64,000 bases of DNA from an uncultured Planctomycetales bacterium (GCA_964603585.1 CAZRVK010000002.1:179513-243512); one strand, 5' to 3'; shown: positions 49,827-59,609, counted from the stretch's first letter. Numbers and translations are program-made. Notes: generated by a model not told the origin, from the sequence alone.

Positions 49827-49898
49827 TGCGCCTGGACAGAATCGAACTGTCACAACTGGCTCCGGAGGCCAGTGCTCTATCCGTTGAGCTACAGGCGC
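49827..49898 (-). tRNA. tRNA-Arg (anticodon CCG)
   Basis: Reverse complement GCGCCTGTAGCTCAACGGATAGAGCACTGGCCTCCGGAGCCAGTTGTGACAGTTCGATTCTGTCCAGGCGCA. Acceptor GCGCCTG/CAGGCGC, anticodon loop CTCCGGA. Confidence 0.85.
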
Positions 49899-49903
49899 AT
49901 TAA

Positions 49904-51142
49904 TTAAAATAAATTCAACTGTTTTTCTCCTTGAATGATTTCTTCATCTTTATTAAAAACCGAGATCGTGCCATATTCACCATCAAACCCCGGAGCAATA
50001 TTTACTTTGCCTTGACGCACCCGTAAAACTCCGTCTGCAATTTTTCTCGGCAACTGTTTATACAAATCTTCTTTCGTGGCTTTCAACAATATTTCAAACT
50101 CTGTGCCAAACCGTAAAACCAAATTCTGGTATTCCCTTTCCACCGCCACCGAAGTTTTTGCCAGGCCTTTAGCATCAGCAATAATTTCCACCAAAGGGAT
50201 AAGATTTTTGTATGGGATGCTGTTTTCCGGGGTATACCCTTCTGGCCGGTCAGATAATGCATCCACCCGGCTCATTACTCCGACTGTAACTGGCTTGGCA
50301 CATTTGGGGCAAATGCCTTTATGCATCCTTGTTTCTTCCGGAGAAAATCTTACCCCGCAAAGCCGATGCCCATCATAATGGTATTTGCCTTCTTCCGGGA
50401 AGAATTCAATGGTGTAAAGAAACCGGTTTTTATCTTTTGTTCTTAATACATCCCGTATAACATCATAGCTTAGATCGCAATCAAAAACATTTGCTTCCCG
50501 GCCAATTTTGGCCGGAGAATGCGCATCGCTATTAGAAAGCAGCGTGTATCTGTCCAATGCGCTCAACCGCCAATTCATCGCCGGGTCGCTGGAAAGGCCA
50601 GTCTCCAGGGCAAAAATCCTGGGAGATTGTTTGCCAAAACAATCCTCGATCTTATCAAATCCCGACATCGAACCAAAAAGAGAAAACCACGGGGTCCAGG
50701 CGTGTGCCGGGATCAACATACATCTTTCATCGATATCAAAAATGATCTGTGCAAGGTCCTCTGCGTCTAACCCTAATATCGGCCGGCCATCAGCAGCCAA
50801 ATTCCCGCATTTAGAAAGCGCTGTGTTTATTTTATCGGTACTCTTGAATGACGGGCTGAAAATCAAATTATGGATGCGATACCCCCGGCCATTCTTCGAA
50901 TAAATACTGCTTATTTCCGCCGTAAGGATAAAATGCACCCCCTTATACCTGAATATTCCGTTGCCCAGGTCCTCCAGCTTACCTCTTAATTCTTCTATCC
51001 AGAGATGATGCGTAAAATCCCCGGTACCTATAAGAGCAATGCCTTTTAATTTCGCCCAGTCGGATAGATGCTCCACATCCATATCCCGGCTGGTAGCACG
51101 GGAATATTTGGAATGAATATGAAAATCGGCGATAAATTGCAT
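49904..51142 (-). CDS. PHP-domain protein (TIGR00375-like)
   Basis: N-terminal FIADFHIHSKYSRA PHP metal-binding motif. 412 aa. Confidence 0.6.
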   Translation of the reverse strand: MQFIADFHIHSKYSRATSRDMDVEHLSDWAKLKGIALIGTGDFTHHLWIEELRGKLEDLGNGIFRYKGVHFILTAEISSIYSKNGRGYRIHNLIFSPSFKSTDKINTALSKCGNLAADGRPILGLDAEDLAQIIFDIDERCMLIPAHAWTPWFSLFGSMSGFDKIEDCFGKQSPRIFALETGLSSDPAMNWRLSALDRYTLLSNSDAHSPAKIGREANVFDCDLSYDVIRDVLRTKDKNRFLYTIEFFPEEGKYHYDGHRLCGVRFSPEETRMHKGICPKCAKPVTVGVMSRVDALSDRPEGYTPENSIPYKNLIPLVEIIADAKGLAKTSVAVEREYQNLVLRFGTEFEILLKATKEDLYKQLPRKIADGVLRVRQGKVNIAPGFDGEYGTISVFNKDEEIIQGEKQLNLF

Positions 51143-51180
51143 ATTTATTTTTTATGCCTGTCTTAAGGCAGTCATCCTGT

Positions 51181-52461
51181 TCACAGCTTATTCTCATAGG
51201 CGATCCTGCCGCCCAGAATAGTATATTCTACCACACCTTTTAATTTCCTGCCTAAAAAAGGAGAGTTTTTGGATTTGGAAACGATCGTTTCCTTGCTAAG
51301 CAAAAGTTCATGCTGGGGATCCACAATAATTATATCCGCATCTTTGCCAATCCCTAAAGATCCTTTATCGACCCCTAAAATCACCGCCGGATTAAAAGAT
51401 AATCGCCTTACCAGGCCCGGCCAATCTAAAACCCCCTGCCCTATCAACTCCGTAATACTAACCGCTAATCCGCTTTCTAAACCGATCTTGCCGAACTCTG
51501 CACGGTCAAATTCTATGTCTTTCTCATTATCGGTGTGCGGGGCATGATCGGAAGCTATAACATCTATGACCTGTTTTCTTAACCCATCCTTGATCGCGGA
51601 GAGATCTTCTTTTGACCTTAAGGGCGGATTTATCTTCATGTTAGTATCATAATCTACTACATCCTCTTCCGACAATGCAAAATAATGCGGGGCTGTTTCT
51701 GCAGTAATCTTTAAGCCTTTTTTCTTGGCCCGGGCAACGGCCTCGACCGATTCCCGACAACTAACATGAGCAATATGCACCCGCGCGCCTGATTTGGCAG
51801 CCAGGCCAATATCACGCTCGACGCGCAGATATTCTGATTCTCTCGATATCCCCCGCAATCCGAGTTTCGTGGAAATAACCCCTAAATTAACCACCCCATT
51901 GTTGCTTAAATTCTTATCTTCACAATGGCAGATAACCAGGAGTTTCTCCTTTTTAGCGTGCCGCATTGCCGCTAACAGAACTTTTTCATCCTCAACCGAT
52001 GAACCATCATCACTAATAGCGATTACCCCTGTTTTTTTTAAAGCCGGGATATCCACCACTTCCTTACCCAACCTGGCAATAGTGATAGCACCGCAAATAA
52101 AAACATTGCACTGGGCATCATGGGCTATAATCCCTTTTAGCAATTTCACGTTTTTGATAGAGTCTATTGCTGGTAAAGTATTAGGCATCGCTAAGACAGA
52201 GGTAATCCCCCCTTTTAAAGCCGCATGTGTGCCGGTAAACACCGTTTCCTTGTCCTCCCGGCCCGGTTCCCGCAGATGCACATGCATATCTACGGCACCC
52301 GGCATAACAATCTTGCCGCATGCATCAATTACTTGAGGGAAATGCCCCTGGATATTTTTGGAAACCAAAGCTATCCGGCCGTTGTCTACCAAAACATCTA
52401 ATTGCTCGTCGATATTGTTTGCCGGATCTACAACACGGCCGTTCTTAATCAACAATTTCAT
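51181..52461 (-). CDS. pyrC: dihydroorotase
   Basis: 426 aa amidohydrolase with PGAVDMHVHLREPG metal-binding motif. Overlaps the pyrB stop. Confidence 0.85.
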   Translation of the reverse strand: MKLLIKNGRVVDPANNIDEQLDVLVDNGRIALVSKNIQGHFPQVIDACGKIVMPGAVDMHVHLREPGREDKETVFTGTHAALKGGITSVLAMPNTLPAIDSIKNVKLLKGIIAHDAQCNVFICGAITIARLGKEVVDIPALKKTGVIAISDDGSSVEDEKVLLAAMRHAKKEKLLVICHCEDKNLSNNGVVNLGVISTKLGLRGISRESEYLRVERDIGLAAKSGARVHIAHVSCRESVEAVARAKKKGLKITAETAPHYFALSEEDVVDYDTNMKINPPLRSKEDLSAIKDGLRKQVIDVIASDHAPHTDNEKDIEFDRAEFGKIGLESGLAVSITELIGQGVLDWPGLVRRLSFNPAVILGVDKGSLGIGKDADIIIVDPQHELLLSKETIVSKSKNSPFLGRKLKGVVEYTILGGRIAYENKL

Positions 52462-53402
52462 ATTTTGATATCCTCTATGCTGTCCCTGGCCTGTGACACC
52501 AAAAATAATACCGCCATCCTCACGGCAATCCCGTTGGTTACCTGATCTAAAATTACTGAATTCGTCCCATCCGCTACTTCACTGGACATTTCTATCCCGC
52601 GATTGATCGGCCCGGGATGCATCACAATAATATCCTTTTTTGCCTTTGCCAGGCGTTCTTTAGTAATTCCAAAATTCTTGAAATATTCCAGCTGCCTGGG
52701 AAAAGCATTTTGTTCATCCCTCTCAAATTGCATGCGCAAGACATTGACCGCATCGGCATTTTTTAATGCCGCATCGATATCATAAGTAACGGTAGCCCCT
52801 AATTGCTCGATCCCATAGGGAATAAGCATTTTTGGGGCGCACACCATAACCTTGGCTCCTAATTTTGTCAATCCCCAGATATTGGAACGCGCTACGCGGG
52901 AATGCGCAATATCCCCAACGATGCTTACCTGTAATCCCTCAATCTTGCCTAGATTTTCCTTGAGAGTAAAAATATCCAAAAGCGCTTGTGTCGGATGTTC
53001 ATGCCACCCATCTCCAGCATTAACAATACTGATCTCCAAGTTGCGCGCCAGCATTTTAGCCGCTCCAGAATAATTGTGGCGCATCACAATAATATCCGCT
53101 TTTAACGCCTGGATGTTTTTACCGGTATCTATAAGTGTCTCCCCTTTACGCACACTTGAAGTTTCACTGGCAATGTTGATCACATCGGCAGACAATCGTT
53201 TCGCCGCCACCTCAAAAGAAACCCGGGTGCGGGTGGAAGGCTCATAAAACAAATTTACTACGGTTTTACCGCGAAGGGCGGGTACTTTTTTGATCTCTCT
53301 TGAAGAAACCTCTTTAAAAGACTCGGCTGTCGCTAAAATGAGTTCGATCTCCTGGCGGGATAAATCTTCTAAACCCAGCAAATCCTTACGTGTCCAAATC
53401 AT
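52458..53402 (-). CDS. pyrB: aspartate carbamoyltransferase catalytic subunit
   Basis: ATCase motifs FYEPSTRTR (carbamoyl-phosphate binding), ..HEHPTQALLD.. and HPGP. Confidence 0.9.
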   Translation of the reverse strand: MIWTRKDLLGLEDLSRQEIELILATAESFKEVSSREIKKVPALRGKTVVNLFYEPSTRTRVSFEVAAKRLSADVINIASETSSVRKGETLIDTGKNIQALKADIIVMRHNYSGAAKMLARNLEISIVNAGDGWHEHPTQALLDIFTLKENLGKIEGLQVSIVGDIAHSRVARSNIWGLTKLGAKVMVCAPKMLIPYGIEQLGATVTYDIDAALKNADAVNVLRMQFERDEQNAFPRQLEYFKNFGITKERLAKAKKDIIVMHPGPINRGIEMSSEVADGTNSVILDQVTNGIAVRMAVLFLVSQARDSIEDIKI

Positions 53403-53938
53403 TATTTCTCCACGATCACTACTTCATCTCTTCCATCTACTTGGGATAACCTGACTTCTACAGTCTCATTTTGCGCAGTAGGTATATTCTTTCCTACATA
53501 ATCAGCCCGAATGGGCAACTCCCGATGCCCCCTGTCAATCAAAACTGCTAACTGGATCGATTTTGGCCGGCCTAGGTCAATTAAAGCATCCATGGCCGCG
53601 CGTATAGTCCTGCCGGTATAGAGGACATCGTCAACTAACACCAGATCTTTGTCAGTAATATCGAAATCTATCTCTGTCTTATGCACCACTGGTTGCTGGG
53701 AGATAAGCGTCAAATCATCCCGGTAAAGAGTAATATCCAAAATACCTACCGGTATCTTTTCTTTCTCGATCCGTTCAATACAATCCGCAAGCCTTTTGGC
53801 CAGGTATGCCCCGCGGTTACGAATGCCTATTAGACACAGGTTTTTCATCCCTTTGTGCTTCTCCAATATCTCATGGGCAATACGCACCAGGCTACGGTTT
53901 AATGTTTCAGCATCAAGTATTTTTGCTTTTTCTTCCAT
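53402..53938 (-). CDS. pyrR: bifunctional pyrimidine operon regulator / uracil phosphoribosyltransferase PyrR
   Basis: MEEKAKILD...[23 protein letters not shown]...I...E....[11 protein letters not shown]....[20 protein letters not shown]...[30 protein letters not shown] is collinear with known PyrR. Start set at the second Met (53938) because the first 7 codons of the track ORF overlap the leader terminator hairpin. Confidence 0.85.
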   Translation of the reverse strand: MEEKAKILDAETLNRSLVRIAHEILEKHKGMKNLCLIGIRNRGAYLAKRLADCIERIEKEKIPVGILDITLYRDDLTLISQQPVVHKTEIDFDITDKDLVLVDDVLYTGRTIRAAMDALIDLGRPKSIQLAVLIDRGHRELPIRADYVGKNIPTAQNETVEVRLSQVDGRDEVVIVEK

Positions 53939-53940
53939 AA

Positions 53941-53971
53941 TAAAAAACCCAACCGTCATAGAGGTTGGGTA
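53941..53971 (-). terminator. hairpin + U-tract abutting the pyrR start (candidate PyrR-controlled attenuator terminator)
   Basis: Minus strand ACCCAACC-UCUAUGAC-GGUUGGGU followed by UUUUUUAUU then AUG. Confidence 0.5.
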
Positions 53972-54057
53972 TATGATATACTGGTATTCTTTCCATTTTT
54001 ACTTGATCCTTGCCGGTTTCTCTTGAACCAGCTTAAAGGTTATTTGTATTAGCAAGG

Positions 54058-54086
54058 AATATACCATATTTACCGAGGATCGTCAA
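54058..54086 (-). promoter_or_regulatory. sigma70-like promoter for the pyr operon (TTGACG - 17 nt - TATATT)
   Basis: Minus strand TTGACGatcctcggtaaatatggTATATT, ~115 nt upstream of the pyrR start. The leader between contains GCUGGUU-CAAGAGA-AACCGGC and ACAGUCAAUGAGGGAG hairpin-loop candidates. Confidence 0.45.
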
Positions 54087-54335
54087 GATTTTTTCCTGCA
54101 AAATCGCTAACGCCATAACACATACTCCCTCATTGACTGTGGAAATCTTGTGCATACAGGGGATAAATAAAATCGTAGGGATGCAGGGGATAGAATAAGC
54201 CACCCGGGCTTAACATAATGTGTGGCAGCCATTTACAGCATTAAAGCCGCGCAGCTAACTACAAATATTGACAGATCGGGCTTCTATACGGTTTTATTTC
54301 TTCAATCGCCTGCAAGCCTTATAATCTGCTATAAG

Positions 54336-54989
54336 TTATATAATAATTACAAATTCACCCCGGGGATCTTGTTGCTTAAATGCAGATAGGATTGTTGCGG
54401 CAGAGCCTCTTTTGACCTCTTCAAATTTTTTGGTCAGCTCTCTGGCTACAGCAATCTCTCTTTCTCCAAAAACTGTCTGTATGTCCTCTAAAGCGGCTGT
54501 GATCCGATGGCAAGATTCATAAAACACAACGGTGTATTCGGTTTCTTCTAATTTTCGCAGCCGATTTAAGCGGGATTGGCGTTTATTAGGTAAAAAGCCC
54601 TCAAAAATGAATTTATGCGCCGGTTTTCCGGATAACACTAAAGCATCAACAAAAGCAGACGGCCCGGGGATAACCGAAACCGCAATATTATGCTGGATCG
54701 CAAGATTAATTATATTATACCCGGGGTCTAAAATCCCGGGAGTCCCAGCATCCGAAACCAAGGCCACGGATTTACCCTCCTTAAGTAATTTCAACAGATA
54801 CTCTGCTTTGGTAATCCGATTGTGCTGAAAGAAACTGGTCATCGGTTTTTTTATTCCATAATGGTCTAAAAGGATCCTGGTATGGCGGGTATCTTCGCAG
54901 GCAATTAAATCTACGCTTTTCAAGACTTCCAAAGCGCGCAAGGTAATATCTTTCAAATTGCCGATAGGCGTTGCAACTATGTACAACAT
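54336..54989 (-). CDS. rsmI: 16S rRNA (cytidine1402-2'-O)-methyltransferase RsmI (tetrapyrrole-methylase fold)
   Basis: N-terminal LYIVATPIGNLKDITLRALEVLK..DLIACEDTRHT.ILL is the RsmI signature. 217 aa, short for the family. Confidence 0.75.
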   Translation of the reverse strand: MLYIVATPIGNLKDITLRALEVLKSVDLIACEDTRHTRILLDHYGIKKPMTSFFQHNRITKAEYLLKLLKEGKSVALVSDAGTPGILDPGYNIINLAIQHNIAVSVIPGPSAFVDALVLSGKPAHKFIFEGFLPNKRQSRLNRLRKLEETEYTVVFYESCHRITAALEDIQTVFGEREIAVARELTKKFEEVKRGSAATILSAFKQQDPRGEFVIII

Positions 54990-54995
54990 ACTGAT

Positions 54996-56837
54996 TTATT
55001 CCACTGTAACCGATTTGGCCAGATTCCTCGGCTGGTCCACATCACAGCCTCTCCTGACCGCTATATAATAAGCCAACAACTGCAGTGGGATCACCGCCAC
55101 AAGAGGAGAGAAGAATTCATTGGTTTTAGGGATATAAATGACTTCCCGGATCAAATCTTTTACCTTTTGATCCCCGCAGGTAGCGATAGCAATGATCACG
55201 CCTTTACGTGAACGGATCTCCTGTATATTGGAGATCATCTTCTCATAAACCCGGGAATCAGGTGCAACACAAACCACCGCACGATATTCATCGATCAGTG
55301 CGATCGGGCCATGCTTCATCTCGCCTGCAGAATACCCTTCCGCAGGAATATAAGAAATCTCTTTTAACTTCAGCGCCCCCTCTAAAGCCAGGGGATAATT
55401 GATATTCCTGGCTAAGAATAAAAATGACCCGAAATTATGGTGTTTCCGAGCCGCACTTTTAATGACATCCTGTTTCTTTAAAACCTGCTCCTGTATTTTT
55501 GGGATTAACTGCATCTCTCCCAGCAGCCGCAAGATTTTCTCATGAGGAAGTGTTTTCTTTATCTGCGATAAAAACAAGGCGAAAAGGTAAAGGATGCTTA
55601 ATTGTGCGGTAAAAGCCTTTGTGGATGCGACCCCGATTTCAGGCCCGGCATGAGTATAAATCACCCCGTCGGATTCCCTGACCAGGGTTGAACCAAGAAC
55701 ATTACAAATGGTCAGGGACAACGCCCCTTTTCTCTTAGCCTCCCTTGCCGCAGCAATTGTATCAGCGGTTTCTCCGGACTGACTGATGGATATAACTAAA
55801 TCGCTTTTATTCACAATCGGATTCCTGTATCTAAACTCGCTGGAAACATCTACGCTTACCGGCAAGGCGCAGATCTCTTCAAGGATATATTTACCGCAGA
55901 GCCCGGCATGATAAGCGGTCCCGCAGCCAATGATAATAATGTTTTTTACCGCCGCTATTTGTTCCGTGGGGACCTTTAATTCTTCAAAACAGATCTGCGC
56001 CGATGATCCCGCCAGCCTCTGCTTTAATATCCCTTCAAGCACTTTGGGCTGTTCATGGATCTCCTTAAGCATAAAATGCGGCCAACCTTGTTTCTGTGCT
56101 TGAGAGACATCCCAATTTATCTTCACAACCTCTCTTTTTACCTGTTCACCAGCAAGATTAGTGATTTTCACCCCTTGGCGGGTTAAAGACGCCAGTTCAT
56201 TGTCTTCTAAAAATATCGCCTCTTTCGAAAAATCCAATAAGGCCGGTATATCCGAGGCAATAAAATTCTCCTCATCCCCTAACCCGACAACTAACGGACT
56301 TCCTTTTCTGGCACCGATCAATTTCCCGGGATCTTTTACGGAGATCACCCCGATGGCAAAAGAACCCTCTAATTTTAAAAGCGCCTTTCTCACTGCTTCT
56401 TCGAAAGACACCCTTGCGGAATAGAATTTCTCGATCAGATGAACAATGACCTCTGTATCGGTTTGGCTTAAAAACCTGTGCCCCTCTTGAATCAACTCTT
56501 TTTTTATTTTAGAATGGTTTTCTATAATTCCGTTGTGTACCAGGCCGATCGTGCCGTGGCAATCCAAATGGGGGTGGGCATTAATCTGATTAGGGGCTCC
56601 ATGAGTAGCCCAACGGCAATGTCCTACGCCGATACTACCAGCAAGCGGTTTAGACTTAAGAAGTGTTTCTAATTTTTTAACTTTTCCGGGAAGTTTTCTT
56701 GAAGAAAGGGCTTTTTTTTTATCTATGTAGGTGACCATCCCGCAGGAATCATATCCGCGGTATTCCAATCTTTTTAACCCGTCCAAAAGAAGTCCTGCAG
56801 CTAAACGATGTCCGACATATCCGACGATTCCACACAT
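54996..56837 (-). CDS. glmS: glutamine--fructose-6-phosphate aminotransferase
   Basis: N-terminal MCGIVGYVG (Ntn amidotransferase Cys2), two SIS domains. 613 aa. Confidence 0.95.
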   Translation of the reverse strand: MCGIVGYVGHRLAAGLLLDGLKRLEYRGYDSCGMVTYIDKKKALSSRKLPGKVKKLETLLKSKPLAGSIGVGHCRWATHGAPNQINAHPHLDCHGTIGLVHNGIIENHSKIKKELIQEGHRFLSQTDTEVIVHLIEKFYSARVSFEEAVRKALLKLEGSFAIGVISVKDPGKLIGARKGSPLVVGLGDEENFIASDIPALLDFSKEAIFLEDNELASLTRQGVKITNLAGEQVKREVVKINWDVSQAQKQGWPHFMLKEIHEQPKVLEGILKQRLAGSSAQICFEELKVPTEQIAAVKNIIIIGCGTAYHAGLCGKYILEEICALPVSVDVSSEFRYRNPIVNKSDLVISISQSGETADTIAAAREAKRKGALSLTICNVLGSTLVRESDGVIYTHAGPEIGVASTKAFTAQLSILYLFALFLSQIKKTLPHEKILRLLGEMQLIPKIQEQVLKKQDVIKSAARKHHNFGSFLFLARNINYPLALEGALKLKEISYIPAEGYSAGEMKHGPIALIDEYRAVVCVAPDSRVYEKMISNIQEIRSRKGVIIAIATCGDQKVKDLIREVIYIPKTNEFFSPLVAVIPLQLLAYYIAVRRGCDVDQPRNLAKSVTVE

Positions 56838-56883
56838 GATTATCCTGCTCCATTCGCCAGAACACCAAAAACATGCTAATTAT

Positions 56884-57100
56884 TTATGTCCCCACGGGGA
56901 TTTTTAATGAGGCCATAACTTACGGAATGAGCGCAGCGAATGAACGTAAGTTATTTGGCCGAATTAATCCCGCGCTTTAGGCGGGAGAACCCCGGTCGAG
57001 AGCTTGTCCCGCATCCCGCTGCTTAAATACCTGATGCGGGATCCCGCTCATCTCCTCAAAACTGCCGGAGCGGGAAAAAGCTCTTGTCCTACCTTATTTA
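56884..57100 (-). pseudogene. 5'-truncated second copy of tRNA-Glu(UUC), interrupted in the anticodon loop and T-loop by two hairpin-rich insertions
   Basis: Minus strand GGACAAGAGCTTTT[~70 nt TCCCGC...GCGGGA]CAAGCTCTCGACCGGGGTTC[~85 nt TCCCGCCTAAAGCGCGGGA...]AAATCCCCGTGGGGACA. Removing the bracketed segments reproduces nt 25-75 of the intact tRNA-Glu exactly. Both copies are followed by TAAATA. Confidence 0.6.
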
Positions 57101-57175
57101 TGTCCCCACGGGGATTTGAACCCCGGTCGAGAGCTTGAAAAGCTCTTGTCCTAGACCAGGCTAGACGATGGGGAC
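57101..57175 (-). tRNA. tRNA-Glu (anticodon UUC)
   Basis: Reverse complement GTCCCCATCGTCTAGCCTGGTCTAGGACAAGAGCTTTTCAAGCTCTCGACCGGGGTTCAAATCCCCGTGGGGACA. 7-bp acceptor, anticodon loop TTTTCAA. Starts 4 nt after the gyrA stop. Confidence 0.85.
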
Positions 57176-57179
57176 GGAT

Positions 57180-59609
57180 CTATTCTTCCTCGGCGATCAC
57201 CGGGGCGACACAAGAAACCCTGTCTTTGTCCTGCAGCTTTATCAACCGCACCCCTTGAGCAGACCTGCCGGTTGTACGTATATCTTTGATCGCACAGCGC
57301 AAGAACATACCGTTTTGCGTAATAACCATCAATTCATCATTATCGCTTACCGCTTTGAGATTAACCGCTGCCCCGTTTTTCTCGGTAACTTTTATATTAA
57401 TGATTCCTTTACCGCCGCGGCTGGTCAAGCGATACTCTTCTATCGGGGTCCTTTTAGCAAAACCAAGCTCGGTGACCGTCAATATAGACGCTTCTTTTTT
57501 AGCCAGCACCATATCGATCACAGCGTCTTTTTTATCCAAGGAAATGGCGCGCACTCCGTGTGCCGCCCGCCCCATATCCCTCACCTTCATCTCCGGGAAA
57601 TGAATCGCTTTTCCCTGCCTGGTGGCAATTAATAACTCCAGGCTACCGTCGGTAAGCTCAACGCCGATCAATTCATCCCCTTTATCCAAAGTGATCCCGA
57701 TAATTCCTGCCTTGCGCGGGTTACCGTAAGCATCCAGCCGGGTCTTCTTAATCTGGCCTTGACGCGTTACCATCACCAAATACTTGTCCGGGGAAAATTC
57801 TTTAACCGGGATGGTAGAGCTTATTTTAGCTCCGGATTCCATTTCTATCAAGTTAATTATTGCCTTGCCTTTAGAAATACGGCTGGCCTGCGGGATCTCA
57901 TAAACTTTAAGCCAATGCACCTGGCCTTTATCCGTAAAAATTAACAGGTAATCCTTGGTAGAAGCGACAAACAGGTGTTCTATAAAGTCCTCATCTTTCA
58001 CCTCCGCCCCGCTGGATCCGGTACCTCCGCGTTTTTGTTTACGATAGGCGCTTACCGGCAGGCGCTTGATATATCCTGCGTGGCTGATAGTTACCACCAC
58101 ATCTTCTTCGGCGATCAGATCCTCAACCTCTAACTCCTCAACCTCTGCAACAATATCCGTACGTCGAGGATCACCATATTTCTCTTTGATCAGCGTCAAT
58201 TCATCTTTTATGATCCCCTCGATCTTTTTTTCGGAAGCCAGTATTGCCCGGCAGGCTTCGATCTTTTTCAAAAGCTCGAGATATTCGGCTTCGATTTTAT
58301 CTCTTTCCAGCGCGGTCAACCGCTGCAGTTGCATCTCCAATATCGCCTGCGCCTGGATCTCTGAAAGTTCGAATTCTTTCATCAACCGCTCTTTGGCATT
58401 CTCGGTATTCTTGGAGGTTTTGATCACTTTGATGATCTGATCGATAAATTTCAAAGCGATCTTCAATCCTTCCAGGATATGCGCCCGCTTAAGAGCTTTA
58501 TCTAATTCGAATTGAGTCCTTCTGCGAATGATCACCTTGCGGTGCATAATATAGGCATCGAGGATCTGCCGCAAATTCAAAACCCGGGGGCGGTTTTCTA
58601 CCAGGGCCAGCATAATGATCCCAAAGGTGCTTTCCAGCTGGGTGTGCTTGAAAAGCTGGTTTAAAATGATCTGTGATTCCACATCCCGTTTCAGCTCAAC
58701 AACAATCCGCATCCCGTCTTTATCCGATTCATCCCGGACATCAGAAATGCCTTCGATCTTTTTTTCATCTACCAGACTGGCGATGTTTTCAATGATCCCG
58801 GATTTCTGCACCTGATAAGGGATTTCCGTGATCACAATAAGATCTTTATTGTTTTTTTGCCGCTCTACCGTTGCCTTGGCCCGTACCGTAAGCTTGCCCC
58901 TGCCCGTCATATAGGCGTCTTTGATCCCACCTTTACCGCAAATTACTCCCCCTGTGGGAAAATCCGGACCCTTGATGTGCTTGATCAAATCCTTGATCTC
59001 TGCGGCAGAATTATCTAAAAGATAAATTATCGCATCCGCCACCTCATTTAAATTGTGCGGGGGGATATTTGTTGCCATGCCTACGGCAATACCACTGGAG
59101 CCATTGACTAAAAGATTTGGCAAGGCCGCCGGTAAAAGCAACGGTTCCTGTAAAGAAGAATCAAAATTAGGCCCGAAGTTTACAGTCTCTTTATCTATAT
59201 CTGTCAGCATTTCATTGGCGATGGCAGAAAGCCTTGCTTCGGTATAACGCATGGCTGCGGCAGAATCCCCGTCGACCGAACCAAAATTACCCTGGCCGTC
59301 GACTAAGGGATACCGCAATGAGAAATCCTGCGCCATTCTGACCAAAGTATCATATACCGCTACATCCCCATGGGGGTGGTACTTACCCAGAACCTCCCCT
59401 ACGATACGGGCACATTTTTTATAAGGCTTGGAGTGGTCAAGATTTAATTCCTGCATCGCATAAAGTATCCTGCGATGCACGGGTTTTAAACCGTCCCGCA
59501 CATCAGGCAGGGCCCGGCCAACAATGACGCTCATCGCATAATTAAGATATGCGTCTTTGACCTCATCCTCTATATATATCGGCATGATCTTTTCGTTTCG
59601 CGTATACAT
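57180..59609 (-). CDS. gyrA: DNA gyrase subunit A
   Basis: 809 aa. Active-site region [10 protein letters not shown] with catalytic Tyr, QRDR-like ..[17 protein letters not shown]... C-terminal beta-pinwheel repeats. Confidence 0.95.
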   Translation of the reverse strand: MYTRNEKIMPIYIEDEVKDAYLNYAMSVIVGRALPDVRDGLKPVHRRILYAMQELNLDHSKPYKKCARIVGEVLGKYHPHGDVAVYDTLVRMAQDFSLRYPLVDGQGNFGSVDGDSAAAMRYTEARLSAIANEMLTDIDKETVNFGPNFDSSLQEPLLLPAALPNLLVNGSSGIAVGMATNIPPHNLNEVADAIIYLLDNSAAEIKDLIKHIKGPDFPTGGVICGKGGIKDAYMTGRGKLTVRAKATVERQKNNKDLIVITEIPYQVQKSGIIENIASLVDEKKIEGISDVRDESDKDGMRIVVELKRDVESQIILNQLFKHTQLESTFGIIMLALVENRPRVLNLRQILDAYIMHRKVIIRRRTQFELDKALKRAHILEGLKIALKFIDQIIKVIKTSKNTENAKERLMKEFELSEIQAQAILEMQLQRLTALERDKIEAEYLELLKKIEACRAILASEKKIEGIIKDELTLIKEKYGDPRRTDIVAEVEELEVEDLIAEEDVVVTISHAGYIKRLPVSAYRKQKRGGTGSSGAEVKDEDFIEHLFVASTKDYLLIFTDKGQVHWLKVYEIPQASRISKGKAIINLIEMESGAKISSTIPVKEFSPDKYLVMVTRQGQIKKTRLDAYGNPRKAGIIGITLDKGDELIGVELTDGSLELLIATRQGKAIHFPEMKVRDMGRAAHGVRAISLDKKDAVIDMVLAKKEASILTVTELGFAKRTPIEEYRLTSRGGKGIINIKVTEKNGAAVNLKAVSDNDELMVITQNGMFLRCAIKDIRTTGRSAQGVRLIKLQDKDRVSCVAPVIAEEE

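Noticed and set aside
51143-51180. Imperfect palindrome CTGTCTTAAGGCAG between pyrC and the PHP gene as a possible terminator
   Set aside because: The stem has a mismatch in the RNA and no U-tract. The genes are only 38 nt apart with a GGA-type RBS, so it is more likely plain spacer.
56884-57100. Integrase-mediated attL/attR remnant at tRNA-Glu or a glmS ribozyme in the glmS leader
   Set aside because: No integrase/recombinase or foreign gene block is adjacent, since glmS follows directly. Three tRNA-derived blocks are collinear, which is unlike a single att duplication. No glmS-ribozyme core motifs were recognisable. Kept as a disrupted tRNA copy instead.
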